From Paraspadella gotoi (lineage: Eukaryota; Animalia; Chaetognatha): 24,464 bases of DNA. The DNA lies in NCBI GenBank assembly GCA_051294375.1, contig JBJCIZ010001079.1, positions 1 through 24,464 on the forward strand, read 5' to 3'. Of the stretch, positions 1-11,770 are shown piece after piece (the stretch's first letter is position 1; every line of letters begins with the position of its first letter). The notes under the pieces are model-generated. The model was not told the DNA's origin. It saw only the letters and a program-made list of their open reading frames with translations, and searched no databases. A program made the translations under genes and the position numbers.

Positions 1-720
1 AATGTTTTTTAGTGCTCTTCACCATCCTTTCCCAGATGCCTCCCCAATGAGGAGTGTGTGGAGGACCAAATTCCCACCTGATGGAGTTTGCGGCGACAAA
101 TTCGGAAAACTTTTCGTCGCTATGGATTTCCTTGAAGCTGCGTTTGATCTCGTTGCTGGCACCAACGAAATTGGTTCCGCGATCTGATACCAATTTTTCG
201 AGGCCTGGGAAGTGAGATTTAAAGCGTATTAAAGCGTTTATTACTGACGGGGTACTCATGTCTTTCAAAATTTCAAAGACTACTGCTCTTGTAGCCATGC
301 ATGTGAGTAATAGTACGAACTTTTTGTTAAGTCCTCGACCGGCGTTTTTCACCTGAATTGGTCCGAACACATCGATTCCAGTGGTTTTAAACGGGATGGT
401 TACTTCAACTCTAAATTCGGGTAGATTGCCCATTTTTTGTGGAGTCTGCTTCTTGAAGAAGGCGTTGACATGGGACACATTTGTGGATCACCGAGATCGA
501 CGTTGGTTCTGCCGCCTAGTAAAGCAAATTTTTGATTTAGTGAGTAAAAGGTTGCCGAGGTTCCGGCGTGTTTTAATTGCTCATGAAAATGCCGGATAAT
601 GGAATCTACGATTTCGTTATTTTTTGGTAAAATGATCGGAAATTTACAATCGTAGCTCAAATCTTTCGAGTTGCCTAGGCGACCGCCGACTCTAATACAA
701 TCGTCGTTATCGATAAACGG
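1..720 (-). pseudogene. pol: Pol integrase (H2C2 plus DDE core), copy 1, truncated by window
   Basis: IRHFHEQLKHAG...CVPC, PFKTTGIDVFGP, LLTCMATRAV, VSDRGTNFVGA, PPHTPHWGGIWERMVKSTK. Confidence 0.92.
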
Positions 721-1331
721 GCTTAAAGAAGTTAGTTTCGAATTCTTTTGGCGGAGCTCTTTTTTAGCATTAGGGGATAAATACCTAGTTTTAATAGTTC
801 GAAATATTCTTTTTCGAAACTAGATCTTTGGATAGCTCGATATAATTTAATTCTCGAGTTTTCGAAATCATCAACGGTAATTTAATTTTGTCAATTTTAG
901 ACTTTTTGCCTTCTTTTTTCTCCTTCAAAAATTTGAGGAATTTTGGGAGGCATTTCGAAAAATATGCAATTCGTTCTTACCTTATTTCTCCAATCTCCGA
1001 CTTTTTGTGTGATTCGAAGAACCCAATCTTCATTCTCGTTTTGGGAAGTTTTGGATAAGTTTTGGTCGCGTTGATGGAGATGAGTTCGATCGGAGAATAA
1101 TCGGAATTGTCGTGTATTGCCGAGATGTTTACCTTTTCGGCTTTCTCTTTGATCATGGGGATGAGTCTTTTGGCTCGATGACGGTATCTGATTTGGACTT
1201 GTTCCGATTGCGGGCTTTTGGATCGGGTAAGTAGATGTGGGCCAATCTTTTCCGGCTTTCGAAGCCAAGATGGTCCCGATGGAAGATTTTCCATTTTTCG
1301 TTGTCGGTCGCACTAGACCTCTTGATACGTA

Positions 1332-1950
1332 TCAGCGGGATTTCGGAGCCTTGGATATGGCGCCATTCCTGAACGGGAGATAAATTTCGAATAGTTTTAA
1401 ACGAAAATGTTCATATGTTTTGAATCTTTTTGAATAATTGTTTAACCAATTAATGACTGTAATGGAATCGGTTAACATTATTACATTGTGAAAGTTCTCT
1501 CCAGACTCTCGAATTATTAATCTCACGGGCCTGAGCTGCAGATCTTGCCGCATTGAGCTCTAGTCTGGGCATGCTCTCTAAATGGTCCTCCTGATTTTCG
1601 ACCAAAGTTCTCTGCATCTGCAGGGGGACTACGTTGGCTTTAGAATAAAATAGAGAAACATGATTTTGACTTTCGTCCTCATTCGACTTTTTTAAATATG
1701 CTACAATGCCGTAGCCGATGATTGATGCATCACAAAATATTATAAGTTGGGTTTTGGCAATTTTTAGCCCTCGGATAGAGGTCCAACGAGGAATAGTAAA
1801 TTTCTTTAAGTGAATCATTTCTCTTCTCCACTTATCGAATTTTTTGAAAAGATCATCGGGAATTTTTTCATCCAAGTAAGTTTCTCGTTGGCTGCCGTTT
1901 GAAAATGAGAACGACCAGATAGAATATAAGGGGATACAAAGCCAAGTGGA
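1332..1950 (-). pseudogene. pol: Pol RNase H (Pao-type) domain, copy 1
   Basis: YDPLGF...WDEKIP, IFCDASIIGYG, SKANVVP, MPRLELNAA, LTDSITVINWL. Confidence 0.92.
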
Positions 1951-2838
1951 TCATAAACACTCGCTACTAATTTTGAGAATATCTCTTCTCGTTTTTGCTT
2001 CTTTTTTCGATCTTTCAGTAATTCGAATAAAGAATTTATCTTGACTTACGTCGAAACCGACTCCAAGGATTTGGTCTTGATTTGCTTCCGTTCCAAGTTC
2101 AGCGGGTGGGTTCTCCGGGATGAAGTTGTCGGCCATCTTCTTGAGGTCGTCCTTCAATTCCTCAATCGGTAGGGTCTTTGGGGTCGGGTCGTCATCGGGA
2201 ATGGGATCGTCGAGAAGTACTCTTGGATCTGATGATTTGAACTTGCATAGTTCAAAGCCGCCACGTCGAAGTGCTTCAGTGAGCTCGATGCGTAGGCGCC
2301 TAGCGGATTCAGAAGATTTTAGACTCTCAAGTAGATCGTCCATGTATAATTGTAGAAATATTGCTTTTAAAGCTTCTACTGAGATTTCATGTTGAATATT
2401 TTTTACGTGATATTTTATGACCCAATTAGCCACCCAGGGCTGCCAGATCCACCAAATATATGTACATTAGATTGGGTGGGTCTCTAGTTCTGTCATGGTC
2501 TCATCTTTGTACCAGAAGAACCTGAAAGCACCTCTATCAATTGGATTAATTTCTATTTGATGAAAAAATCCCTTTATGTCTGCTGATAGAGTGACTTCAT
2601 TAAGTCGAAATCTCATCATGACTCCTAATAATGGAGTGAGATTATCTGGGCCAGGAATTAGATAATCGTTTAGGTAAGTTCCTTGAACTTTTGCAGCTGC
2701 ATCTTGGCAGATTCGAAATTTACCAGGCTTATCGGGCCTTGTAACTATATGTAAAGGTGTGTAAAATTCGGGAGCAGTTCCTCCAAGATTTTCAATTTCA
2801 GCCTTACTTGAAAACCCGAGCTCCATTGATTCACGCAT
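1951..2838 (-). pseudogene. pol: Pol reverse transcriptase domain, copy 1
   Basis: Motifs [63 protein letters not shown] and LRRGGFELCKF are typical BEL/Pao RT motifs. Confidence 0.95.
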
Positions 2839-3211
2839 TGTTGCGAAGACGCCTTCTTTGAGAATTGGGTCTTTGGAGAGTTTTTCGGCTGTTTTGATTG
2901 CTCGTCGTTTAGCGGTTGCTATGGTAGCCGCTCGAAGTTTTTGAAATTCTTTGGAGGTCTGTTCTCGCCCTTTTTTCCAGGGGGTTGGAGCACTATAGTG
3001 TCCTGTAAGATCATTGAAAAAGGTTTCTTTTTCGAGTTGATCAATGGCCAGTTGATCAAGAACTGAGGGATGATTAACCTCTGAGGAGTAGATTTCCTCT
3101 GGTCGGGAGATGAAGTCTTGCTTGAAGAGCTTCGAGATCTCATATTCGAGATTTTCGGGATCTGATGGGGAAATATTATAGCAGTTTATTCGGTCTTCAC
3201 TCTTGGCGTTT

Positions 3212-3717
3212 TCACTGCAACCAATGAGTGTCCATCCGAAAGAAGTTTGAAGGGCGGTGGGGAAGCCGGGAGGTCCGATTCGAGTCGGTCCGCCACCCAG
3301 CGGATGCCAAGCGGGCGTCTAAAATAAGATCAATATCATCGTTAGGCAATTGGGAAAATTTTACATCTTTCATGTAAGAATAATCGGCAATATCGCTATT
3401 TTTGATAGGTTTGTCAGATTCTGTAGTGAGTATTTCTCCAACTAATACTCTATTAATATTAGCAGAATAAGAGTTATCTAAACTTTTTATTTTTATGTCT
3501 AACAAATCTCTCCAAGTTTGTGACGTTGCGTCATAGGTTGTGAGGTTTGTATAAAGAGTATAAGTATTAAGCTTAAGACGATTTACAATTTTTGTTGAAA
3601 TAGCGAACGAGTTGCGCCACTATCAAGAGTGCGTATGTCGCAATAGATTGTTTCGTTTTCTATAATAATTGGTACTATGGGCCTAAAGGTTCCTGTTGCG
3701 ACATACGCAGCAGCTAG
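3212..3717 (-). pseudogene. pol: Pol aspartic protease domain, copy 1
   Basis: Manual translation gives FRPIVPIII...IATYALLDSGATRS (DSG active site) and downstream DIDLIL. Confidence 0.85.
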
Positions 3718-3720
3718 TCA
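3630..3720 (-). promoter_or_regulatory. Putative gag-pol readthrough signal, copy 1
   Basis: TGA at 3720-3718, CTAG at 3717-3714, stem arms at 3696-3709 and 3630-3643. Confidence 0.75.
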
Positions 3721-6700
3721 GGTTGATGTCGACGTTCCGATGCCTCTGCGTGGAGAGAGACATGGTGACGACCGGCACATTTGCGACAACCTAACAGACT
3801 TTTGCAGTCCTTGGTAATATGGCCTTTCTTAGGCAGCAATGACATAAACGATTCTTTTTCACCCAGTCCCACTTTGCCTGTTTTTCCATGTCGAGGTATG
3901 TTCGGCATAGTTCCACCTTGTGCATGCTTCCGCACATCAGACATGGTGAAGTTGTTTGTGTCCTTGGCGCGTGGGTTGCCGGGTTTCCATTGGGGTGAGG
4001 ATATTTTGGTGGCGGACGTACTTGATTCTGACTTTTCTTTGCCCGACGTTCTTGTTGTCTTCGTTGCCATGGCAGCAAATCTTACTGAGTAAGGTTTTCG
4101 ATGTGGCCTTGGAGTCGACGTCGCTGCGGGTCCCACATTTCCATTTTGCTTGACCTCGTTGGCGTTCGTCGTTCCTGAGTAAATACTACCAACTTCGATT
4201 ATCTCGGAAGTGAATTTCAAAAATTTTATAAAAGACTCAAAAGGTGGATCAAGATCAGATTCGTCATCTTCATCATCAGTGTCCCTTTCCAGCCATTGCA
4301 TCTTTTTCTTGATGGCTCTCTTTGCCCATTCCTTACCTAGATGGGGAATCTTTTTTTGTGATTATTTCACTATAAATATCTTGGGTAGAGAAAGTTTTCT
4401 CTCTATTTGTTTCTTTAGCTCGTAAAAATATTTTCTCTAGTTCGAGAATAAAGGTTTTTAATCCTGCCGAATCTCGGTTCCCTATTTTCGGCCCTTTCAA
4501 AAGGTTATTAAGCATCTCCCTAGCGGTAAAGGCTTTTCTTCCGAACTGACCTTTTAAGGCTCTCCTGACCTTTTTTAATGATCTGACATGGTCATTGGTT
4601 AACTCGTATTGTTGAACAATAATTAAAGCGTCTCCCGAAAAATACTCTTTTAGTTCGGTCATCATCATCTCGTCGGTCATACCTGGAATATTGCTGAGGG
4701 AGTCGAAAAGACCTAATTGGGTTTCGAAGTCGATCCGACGATCTCGACCAGAGAATTTTTGTTTGGGACGGCGTTGTCGCATCAACGTAAAGGCTTGTTG
4801 TTCGCTTTGGATTCGACAAAGTTGGGCGAACGGGTTTTCTTCGGTAGTTGACGGAACGGTGGGTTCGGGAGTACGGCCAGTTGCTAGGGTGTCCGGAACG
4901 TCTTCTTCATCGCTGGATTGGTCAGAGTCAGGTTTATTTTCTTTATTCGAATGTTTATTTTTACTTTTTTCAGGTCTTACCTTTGGCAACGGCGGAGTAA
5001 TTTCAATCGGTAAACAAGGGGGCGGGGCTTCTACCGGAATTGTGGGCGGAGCTTCTACCCNNNNNNNNNNNNNNNNNNNNNNNNNNNNNNNNNNNNNNNN
5101 NNNNNNNNNNNNNNNNNNNNNNNNNNNNNNNNNNNNNNNNNNNNNNNNNNNNNNNNNNNNNNNNNNNNNNNNNNNNNNNNNNNNNNNNNNNNNNNNNNNN
5201 NNNNNNNNNNNNNNNNNNNNNNNNNNNNNNNNNNNNNNNNNNNNNNNNNNNNNNNNNNNNNNNNNNNNNNNNNNNNNNNNNNNNNNNNNNNNNNNNNNNN
5301 NNNNNNNNNNNNNNNNNNNNNNNNNNNNNNNNNNNNNNNNNNNNNNNNNNNNNNNNNNNNNNNNNNNNNNNNNNNNNNNNNNNNNNNNNNNNNNNNNNNN
5401 NNNNNNNNNNNNNNNNNNNNNNNNNNNNNNNNNNNNNNNNNNNNNNNNNNNNNNNNNNNNNNNNNNNNNNNNNNNNNNNNNNNNNNNNNNNNNNNNNNNN
5501 NNNNNNNNNNNNNNNNNNNNNNNNNNNNNNNNNNNNNNNNNNNNNNNNNNNNNNNNNNNNNNNNNNNNNNNNNNNNNNNNNNNNNNNNNNNNNNNNNNNN
5601 NNNNNNNNNNNNNNNNNNNNNNNNNNNNNNNNNNNNNNTACCCTTGGAGGCGGGTTCTACCGGGATTGGAGGCGGAGCTTCTACCGTTGCCATGGTTTCC
5701 GGTGATGCTTGTTCCATCGATGTTGTGTCGACGAAATTGAGGTCATCTCTCGGTTCGCGCGGCGGGACTGGAAATGGTCGATTAGCTTCTAGCGGTACCG
5801 CTAGATTTGGCGGGTTTTCACTAACTGATTCTAATAGATTCGAATATAATTGAAGCATATTTTGCATACATTGTTGCTGTATTATCGGAGAAAACATAGT
5901 TAATAAAGGTGAAGAATTCGATTGAGAAATGGATTCGCAAAATTTAAAACAGGTTGGGGCAATTGGGGGAGCACTGGGACCACTTTTTCTTGCATTATCG
6001 GTTGTGAATAAAACAACCGATGTTTTATTTTGGAGATTTTTCTGCATTTTTCGAAACCGACGAATTTGGGATTTGTCGGTCTGGAGCCGGCGGATCAATA
6101 ACCGGCTCGGTCCGGTCTTCGGCGGGAAAAGCGGCCGGCCCTAATTGCTGGCTGCCGACCGGCTTTTTCTTTGTAAGCGGAGGAGGAGGAGGACTGCAGC
6201 GGAGCGGCGGGGCAGTGCCAGCTGAAGTCGAAGCGGGTACTGGATTCGTCGTTGAGGTTGAAATGGGGTGGGTTGGGGTTGGGCGATCGTAGATGGTGTC
6301 GTGGTGGACGTATTGTCCAGCTCCGTTCCTGGTAACATTAAAATTTGCGTCTAATGTTTGTTCCATACCTTCCTCAAATCTCTCTTCTATTTCTATCATT
6401 TCAATCTCTGCCTCCCTTTCGACCCTAGCCATTTCGTCCCTTATCTTTTCGAGTTCCAATTGATATTCCATTTCTTTTTGTTTCAATCTTGACGAGAACG
6501 AACTAATTTGGCTTCGACCTTACCTTGTTCGACCAATCTCGTTCGTTGTAATTCTCTCGATGATCTCGATGCTTCGGAGTTTGCGGCGACGTTGGACAAC
6601 ATCTTTCTCCTTGGAACCTTCAATGGAATCGTTGGACGGGACTCGTCTCGGAAGGGCGGCTGTTTCCTCGATCCACCTGACGACGTGTGGTGGGTGGGAG

Positions 6701-7176
6701 GGGGGTTCGGGTCGACAGAAGGCGTGATAGATTAATATTGTCAACGGGTACGGACGCGGAAATCGGACGGACAAAGATTGATTAATATTTTCAGGAATTG
6801 GATCAACAAATCGACACGGTTACGGGTACGGTAATGATACCGACAAATTATTGACGTTCGTACAGGGAATTTGAGGACTAGTATTTTCTAAATTTTGTAA
6901 CGGACAATTTGTAATTAAGCGATTCGCCATTCTAACTGACTCTCCACGCGACTTGTACGGAATTCCGGACGGTTTTGGAGCCCGCCCAGAATATCCCTGA
7001 TAAGGCCGACAAGTGTTTCGCGTGTTTTAAGAGTTTCATTAAAATTAACTTCGCTAGTATTGTCCGAATAAATACAGATATTTACGCGAAAAAGTTTCCA
7101 TACAATCTCTTAAATCGGTAACAAGCTTTCTAAAACTTCTCTCAGAGAGATTTTCACTATCTATTTGATTATCCAT
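3718..7176 (-). pseudogene. gag: Gag of copy 1 (frameshifted in this assembly, includes a 578-N gap)
   Basis: ATG at 7176 (MDNQIDSENL...), a coiled-coil stretch (KQKEMEYQLELEKIRDEMARVERE), a Pro-rich region, a DUF1759-like region (4333-4800), and the BEL-type triple knuckle CLMCGSMHKVELC / CHCCLRKGHITKDC / CRKCAGRHHVSLH. Ends at TGA 3718-3720. Confidence 0.88.
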
Positions 7177-7822
7177 GGTTCACCTTTCGAAGTTTTCCGG
7201 GCGTAGAAAATGAGTGTCGAAGTTCGAAATGACGAATATTTTGAGGACTGCACGTGTTACCGGCCCGGGGGAAGTTCGGACAGATTTGTACGCGCAGTTT
7301 CGCTAACGATACCGCACCGACGAGCTAAAGTTCTCGACCGGCACGATGTACTACGTCCGAGCGAGGTACTCGGGCCGCAGTGTTATTTCTCCTTCTCCAG
7401 TGTGTCGCGGTGAAAAAACCGCTTACTGAAAAAGAAGCAGCAGCTCAGTGAATATTTGTGAATTTTATTTTATTTATTTATAAGGGAGATATTTGAATAT
7501 GTTTAATGACTAAAGTTTTATGCTAGGGGACTGAGCAACTGTCTAAATGTAGGACGAAATATTGAACTAACCAAAATGCATTTATTCTTTGAAGTAGAAT
7601 TCGTTAAGTAAACATGAGGATGAAGTTGCAATTGTAGTTCTGATTTGGTTCTGTTCAAATCTAGAAAAGAAGCGGGAGAATATTTAGTAATTAATTATTA
7701 TTAATTAATTATCACAAACGACTTACATCGTTTGCCCTCCGGGATTTAGTCAAAAACATCAGGAAATATTTTTCTCCCGCCGCTTTCGAATCGTGCGCGG
7801 GAAATTATCGGATCTCTCTTTT

Positions 7823-8166
7823 GTTTTCCGGGCGTAGAAAATGAGTGTCGAAGTTCGAAAATGACGAATATTTTGAGGACTGCACGTGTTACCGGCCCGG
7901 GGGAAGTTCGGACAGATTTGTACGCGCANNNNNNNNNNCGATACCGCACCGACGAGCTAAAGTTCTCGACCGGCACGATGTACTACGTCCGAGCGAGGTA
8001 CTCGGGCCGCAGTGTTATTTCTCCTTCTCCAGTGTGTCGCGGTGAAAAAACCGCTTACTGAAAAAGAAGCAGCAGCTCAGTGAATATTTTGGGAATTTTA
8101 TTTTATTTATTTATAAGGGAGATATTTGAATATGTTTAATGACTAAAGTTTTATGCTAGGGGACTG
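7823..8166 (-). repeat. Tandem duplicate of the element 5' leader/LTR segment (copy of 7192-7533)
   Basis: Direct, near-identical repeat starting gttttccgggcgtagaaaatgag and running into the N-gap at 8167. Confidence 0.9.
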
Positions 8167-8266
8167 NNNNNNNNNNNNNNNNNNNNNNNNNNNNNNNNNN
8201 NNNNNNNNNNNNNNNNNNNNNNNNNNNNNNNNNNNNNNNNNNNNNNNNNNNNNNNNNNNNNNNNNN

Positions 8267-8350
<84 letters not shown>
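8267..8350. repeat. (TC)n microsatellite
   Basis: Seen directly; abuts a 100-N gap. Confidence 0.99.
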
Positions 8351-8396
8351 ATGCAGAGCCTTCAAGCGATTGACAGATTTTAAAGTTTCACGTTAA

Positions 8397-8431
8397 GTCG
8401 TCTTCGTCGTCGTCGTCGTCGTCGTCGTCGT
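8397..8431. repeat. (TCG)n microsatellite
   Basis: Seen directly. Confidence 0.95.
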
Positions 8432-9693
8432 TCTCCTCGTCACCATTCAATCGATTTTTTTTTCTCTTCTTGCCACAAACGCTGCCATTTTTTTTTTTGT
8501 TCGAGTTAATTTATTCCGTTTTGTGGTGCGGATAATTTAGATGGCGAAACTTTCCAATTTTTCGCGCTATTCCTTCGTATTTATTGCTGTAAACATGGGC
8601 GTTGTAGCGGGAAATGGATTGAAGCAATGACGGCGGCGACTGCGAAAAAGCGAACAATTGTCAACGAGAACTACGCACTTTTTTATTGAATTGTCTTAAA
8701 TCTAATTTGCATATTGCAGCGTTAATCCCACATCCGCAAATTGATGTCCTCGTCTTTTTGAAATATTATTACGAAGAGAATCAGATAAAAAACTAAAAAA
8801 TGGTGGAAATGTTTAATTCGTAATCCAGTCTCATCCCTTTGTCTGTGTAAGAACGCTTTTTGAAAGGTAAAAATGATGTGCGGCATTCGAATCAAAAGTT
8901 AATGCTGATAACTGCACATGAAACAGAAGAATAAAAATACAAGCATCAGTTTCCGATTTTTGTACTGTTTCTAGTTTTTATGATTTTGACATCTGATCCT
9001 TGAACTTTATATTTTATAGTTTCTTATGAATTAGTTCATAACATTTTATTGATGATTCCATTTTAAACGTTAGTGTCTTTTGTTTTTGTTGAATTGGAAT
9101 AGTTTAGATTTTACTTGTTTATCGTTTTCCAGTCTTTTACACTGTTACTGTTTCTAATTAATAATTAGTAATTATGTTAATATTGTTTATGATAATGTTG
9201 ATACCGTTTTTGGTATTAATAAAAAAAACCTTGTTTTATCGAATAATAATATTCGATATTATAATATAATTGTTTGAGCTGCCTCTAATTTTTTGACTTT
9301 ATGAGACGACCGAGAATTCAACGATGTTTTAAAAATGTTTATTGATATTGAAATAATTGGCGACGATGTATAAAAACAGTTCAAAGTTTAAAAACGTTAA
9401 AAACACTTTAAAAACAACACCTTAAAAGCAACGTGAAAACGTTCGACGTCGCGACTTTACGAGGCAACTGCCTCTGACTTTTGCTAAGTTTCAAACATTA
9501 AAAATTAGCCAGATATTGCCCTTTCTTCTTCTTCTTCGTCTTCGTCTGTATAATCGCCGTCGCGACTTTTGGTCGCGAATCGGAAACTTGGGACTCGGAT
9601 GTCGTAATTCTCTGCCGTCGGACGTCGAGCCGTTCTCCCCCTACGGCGACGCCCGCGTTGGCCACCGCGAACGCCAATACAATAATATATGAT

Positions 9694-9945
9694 TATGGCA
9701 ACAGCCGGGTTGCCTGTGATGCCCATTGGGATGGGCATCTCACTGTTGGCTTTGGGGCTTCCGACCCTCAGTGACGCCTCCAGTCACTGGCGCGGTTACC
9801 CTAGGACGGTCTCGCTTTGCCAACGCAGAGGGAAGTCGTTAGGACTGTGGATGGAACACTACGCCTGGGATGGTGTGTTCCCCCTCTGAGCCAATGGATT
9901 TGGCTGAAGGATGGTGACGTGAGGCGGTGTGAATATACCGCCACA
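9694..9945. mobile_element. 252-bp GC-rich insertion (solo LTR or MITE-like) with 4-bp TSD
   Basis: Ends TATGGCA...CGCCACA (imperfect inverted termini), flanked by TGAT at 9690-9693 and 9946-9949. Composition differs from the flanks. Confidence 0.55.
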
Positions 9946-10003
9946 TGATATTAATAAAAAAAAGTTCCTTCCTGGAAGTAAACTGTAAAGTATCTTTTGT
10001 CTG

Positions 10004-10050
10004 CGACGACGACGACGACGATGACGACAACGACGACAACGACGACAACG
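10004..10050. repeat. (GAC/AAC)n microsatellite
   Basis: Seen directly. Confidence 0.9.
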
Positions 10051-10311
10051 AAGAACCGAATCGTCTTTCCAACGATGTTTAGAAAAAACTAATGTTTGTT
10101 TACGACACCGATTGGGATGTTTTTTTTCCGCGAAGATGTTTCGTCGGTGAATCAAGCATAAAGGGGATGTAAAAAAAAAGTAAGGAATGTACAAAAGTTT
10201 GCATTTTGTCTAAAAATTTAGGCGAAATATATATATACGCAAATAAATAAATAAAAGTACAAAAAACTATCATTTGTTTCCATAAAACTTTTTATGACAG
10301 CAACTCGTTAC

Positions 10312-10314
<3 letters not shown>

Positions 10315-10362
<48 letters not shown>
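10315..10362. repeat. (GA)n microsatellite
   Basis: Seen directly. Confidence 0.99.
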
Positions 10363-10365
<3 letters not shown>

Positions 10366-11463
10366 AATTCCATTAAGAGGATCTCCATCTATCATTCGCG
10401 CTTCTGTCCATTAAGCCAACCACAAATATTTTCGATGTTATTTTTTTACACATTATCGGCGCCGATTTTCTAAAGATCCGGCAGCCGGTATTACGCTCGG
10501 AAATCTTTGTCGATCGCAACGCGCCTTCCATAGATGATTGGATGATGTTTCAACCGGTCAGCAACCATGGAGACTGGCCAGCGTCTCAGGGGTAAACTAC
10601 CCTTCTTGGCCAGTCGGTGGTTTTAGTCAAAGAGTCCCAACGAGATATAATAACAATAAACCAGCGCGAATGGTTTTATTATTTACTCGAAATATTTTAT
10701 CGTTTCGATTTTTTTCTCTTTTTTTTTTTTTTTTTTCTTCTGCGAGCTTGAAGATTATCTTTTTTTTTAACCGGCCAAGAAAGAAGTCAACGACCTTAAA
10801 GTTTCATAAACATCTGCGATCACGCATCAATAAAGGATGGATTTTTGTTTGGCCTCAGATTTTTCTTTTCTTTTTTAAACTTATTTATCTCAGTTCGTAT
10901 TGTTGTTTTTTGATCGTTGATCTGTTGCGAATGGCGACGAAAACGAAAAACTAAAATTTCTCGCTCATGGGAAAACCGAACTAAATAAGTGAGATCCACC
11001 TGTTTGAAGAGCCCTAACAGAGTGACTCGATACAGCTCGGGGTCGTGCGCGGGATGCCAATAACGTTGCCCTTTTGTCTAAATCCCAAACACCTCGATTA
11101 GAAACGTCCTCTACCGTTTCTGAGCATTCCGATAATTTCCCGCGCACGATTCGAAAGCGGCGGGAGAAAAAATATTTCCTGATGTTTTTGACTAAATCCC
11201 GGAGGCAAACGATGTAAGTCGTTTGTGATAATTAATTAATAATAATTAATTACTAAATATTCTCCCGCTTCTTTTCCTAGATTTGAACAGAACCAGAATC
11301 AGAACTAACAATTGCCAACTTTTCATCCTCATGTTTACTACGAATTCTACTTCAAAGAATAAATGCATTTTTGGTTAGTTCAATATTTCGTCCTTACATT
11401 TAGACAGTTGCTCAGTCCCCTAGCATAAAACTTTAGTCATTAAACATATTCAAATATCTCCCT

Positions 11464-11526
11464 TATAAATAAATAAAATAAAATTCCCAAAATATTCACT
11501 GAGCTGCTGCTTCTTTTTCAGTAAGC
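11464..11526 (+). promoter_or_regulatory. Candidate element promoter: TATA box, initiator and leader splice donor
   Basis: TATAAATA at 11464, Inr-like TTCACT at 11495-11500, donor-like CA|GTAAGC at 11521. The same motifs are present in all three copies of this segment. Confidence 0.35.
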
Positions 11527-11770
11527 GGTTTTTTTCACCGCGACACACTGGAGAAGGAGAAATAACACTGCGGCCCGAGTACCTCGCTCGGACGTAGTAC
11601 ATCGTGCCGGTCGAGAACTTTAGCTCGTCGGTGCGGTATCGTTAGCGAAACTGCGCGTACAAATCTGTCCGAACTTCCCCGGGCCGGTAACACGTGCAGT
11701 CCTCAAAATATTCGTCATTTTCGAACTTCGACACTCATTTCTACGCCCGGAAAACTTCGAAAGGTGAACC

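Larger units (their letters stand above)
1..7812 (-). mobile_element. BEL/Pao LTR retrotransposon, copy 1 (3' part beyond window edge)
   Basis: Domain order gag (three Zn knuckles)-protease-RT-RNase H-integrase on the minus strand; reverse complement of 11128-18712. Confidence 0.95.

Noticed and set aside
2120-4425. Plus-strand ORFs opposite copy 1 gag-pol, and minus-strand ORFs opposite copy 2
   Set aside because: Shadow ORFs of the coding strand with no independent features.
4691-6098. Long ORFs spanning N runs (also 8143-8383)
   Set aside because: Artefacts of Ns and microsatellites, apart from their true gag parts.
9505-9689. Host exon on the minus strand (...DEDEEEEERAISG*)
   Set aside because: No convincing acceptor or recognisable homology; low-complexity GAC/GAA-rich sequence.
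9694-9945. SRP, RNase P/MRP, hammerhead or HDV ribozyme identity for the structured insertion
   Set aside because: I could not find the required conserved cores (SRP helix 8, the P4 CR-I/CR-V pair, CUGANGA/GAAA, the HDV P3/L3 pairing).
8267-10362. Mirror arrangement (TC)n-(TCG)n ... (GAC)n-(GA)n suggesting a fold-back element
   Set aside because: Spacings differ and the intervening unique sequence is not complementary; these are common microsatellites.
10932-10940. TGGCGACGA, resembling a tRNA-Ser PBS
   Set aside because: Only 9 nt, not preceded by an LTR-like CA end, and outside the region shared with copy 1.
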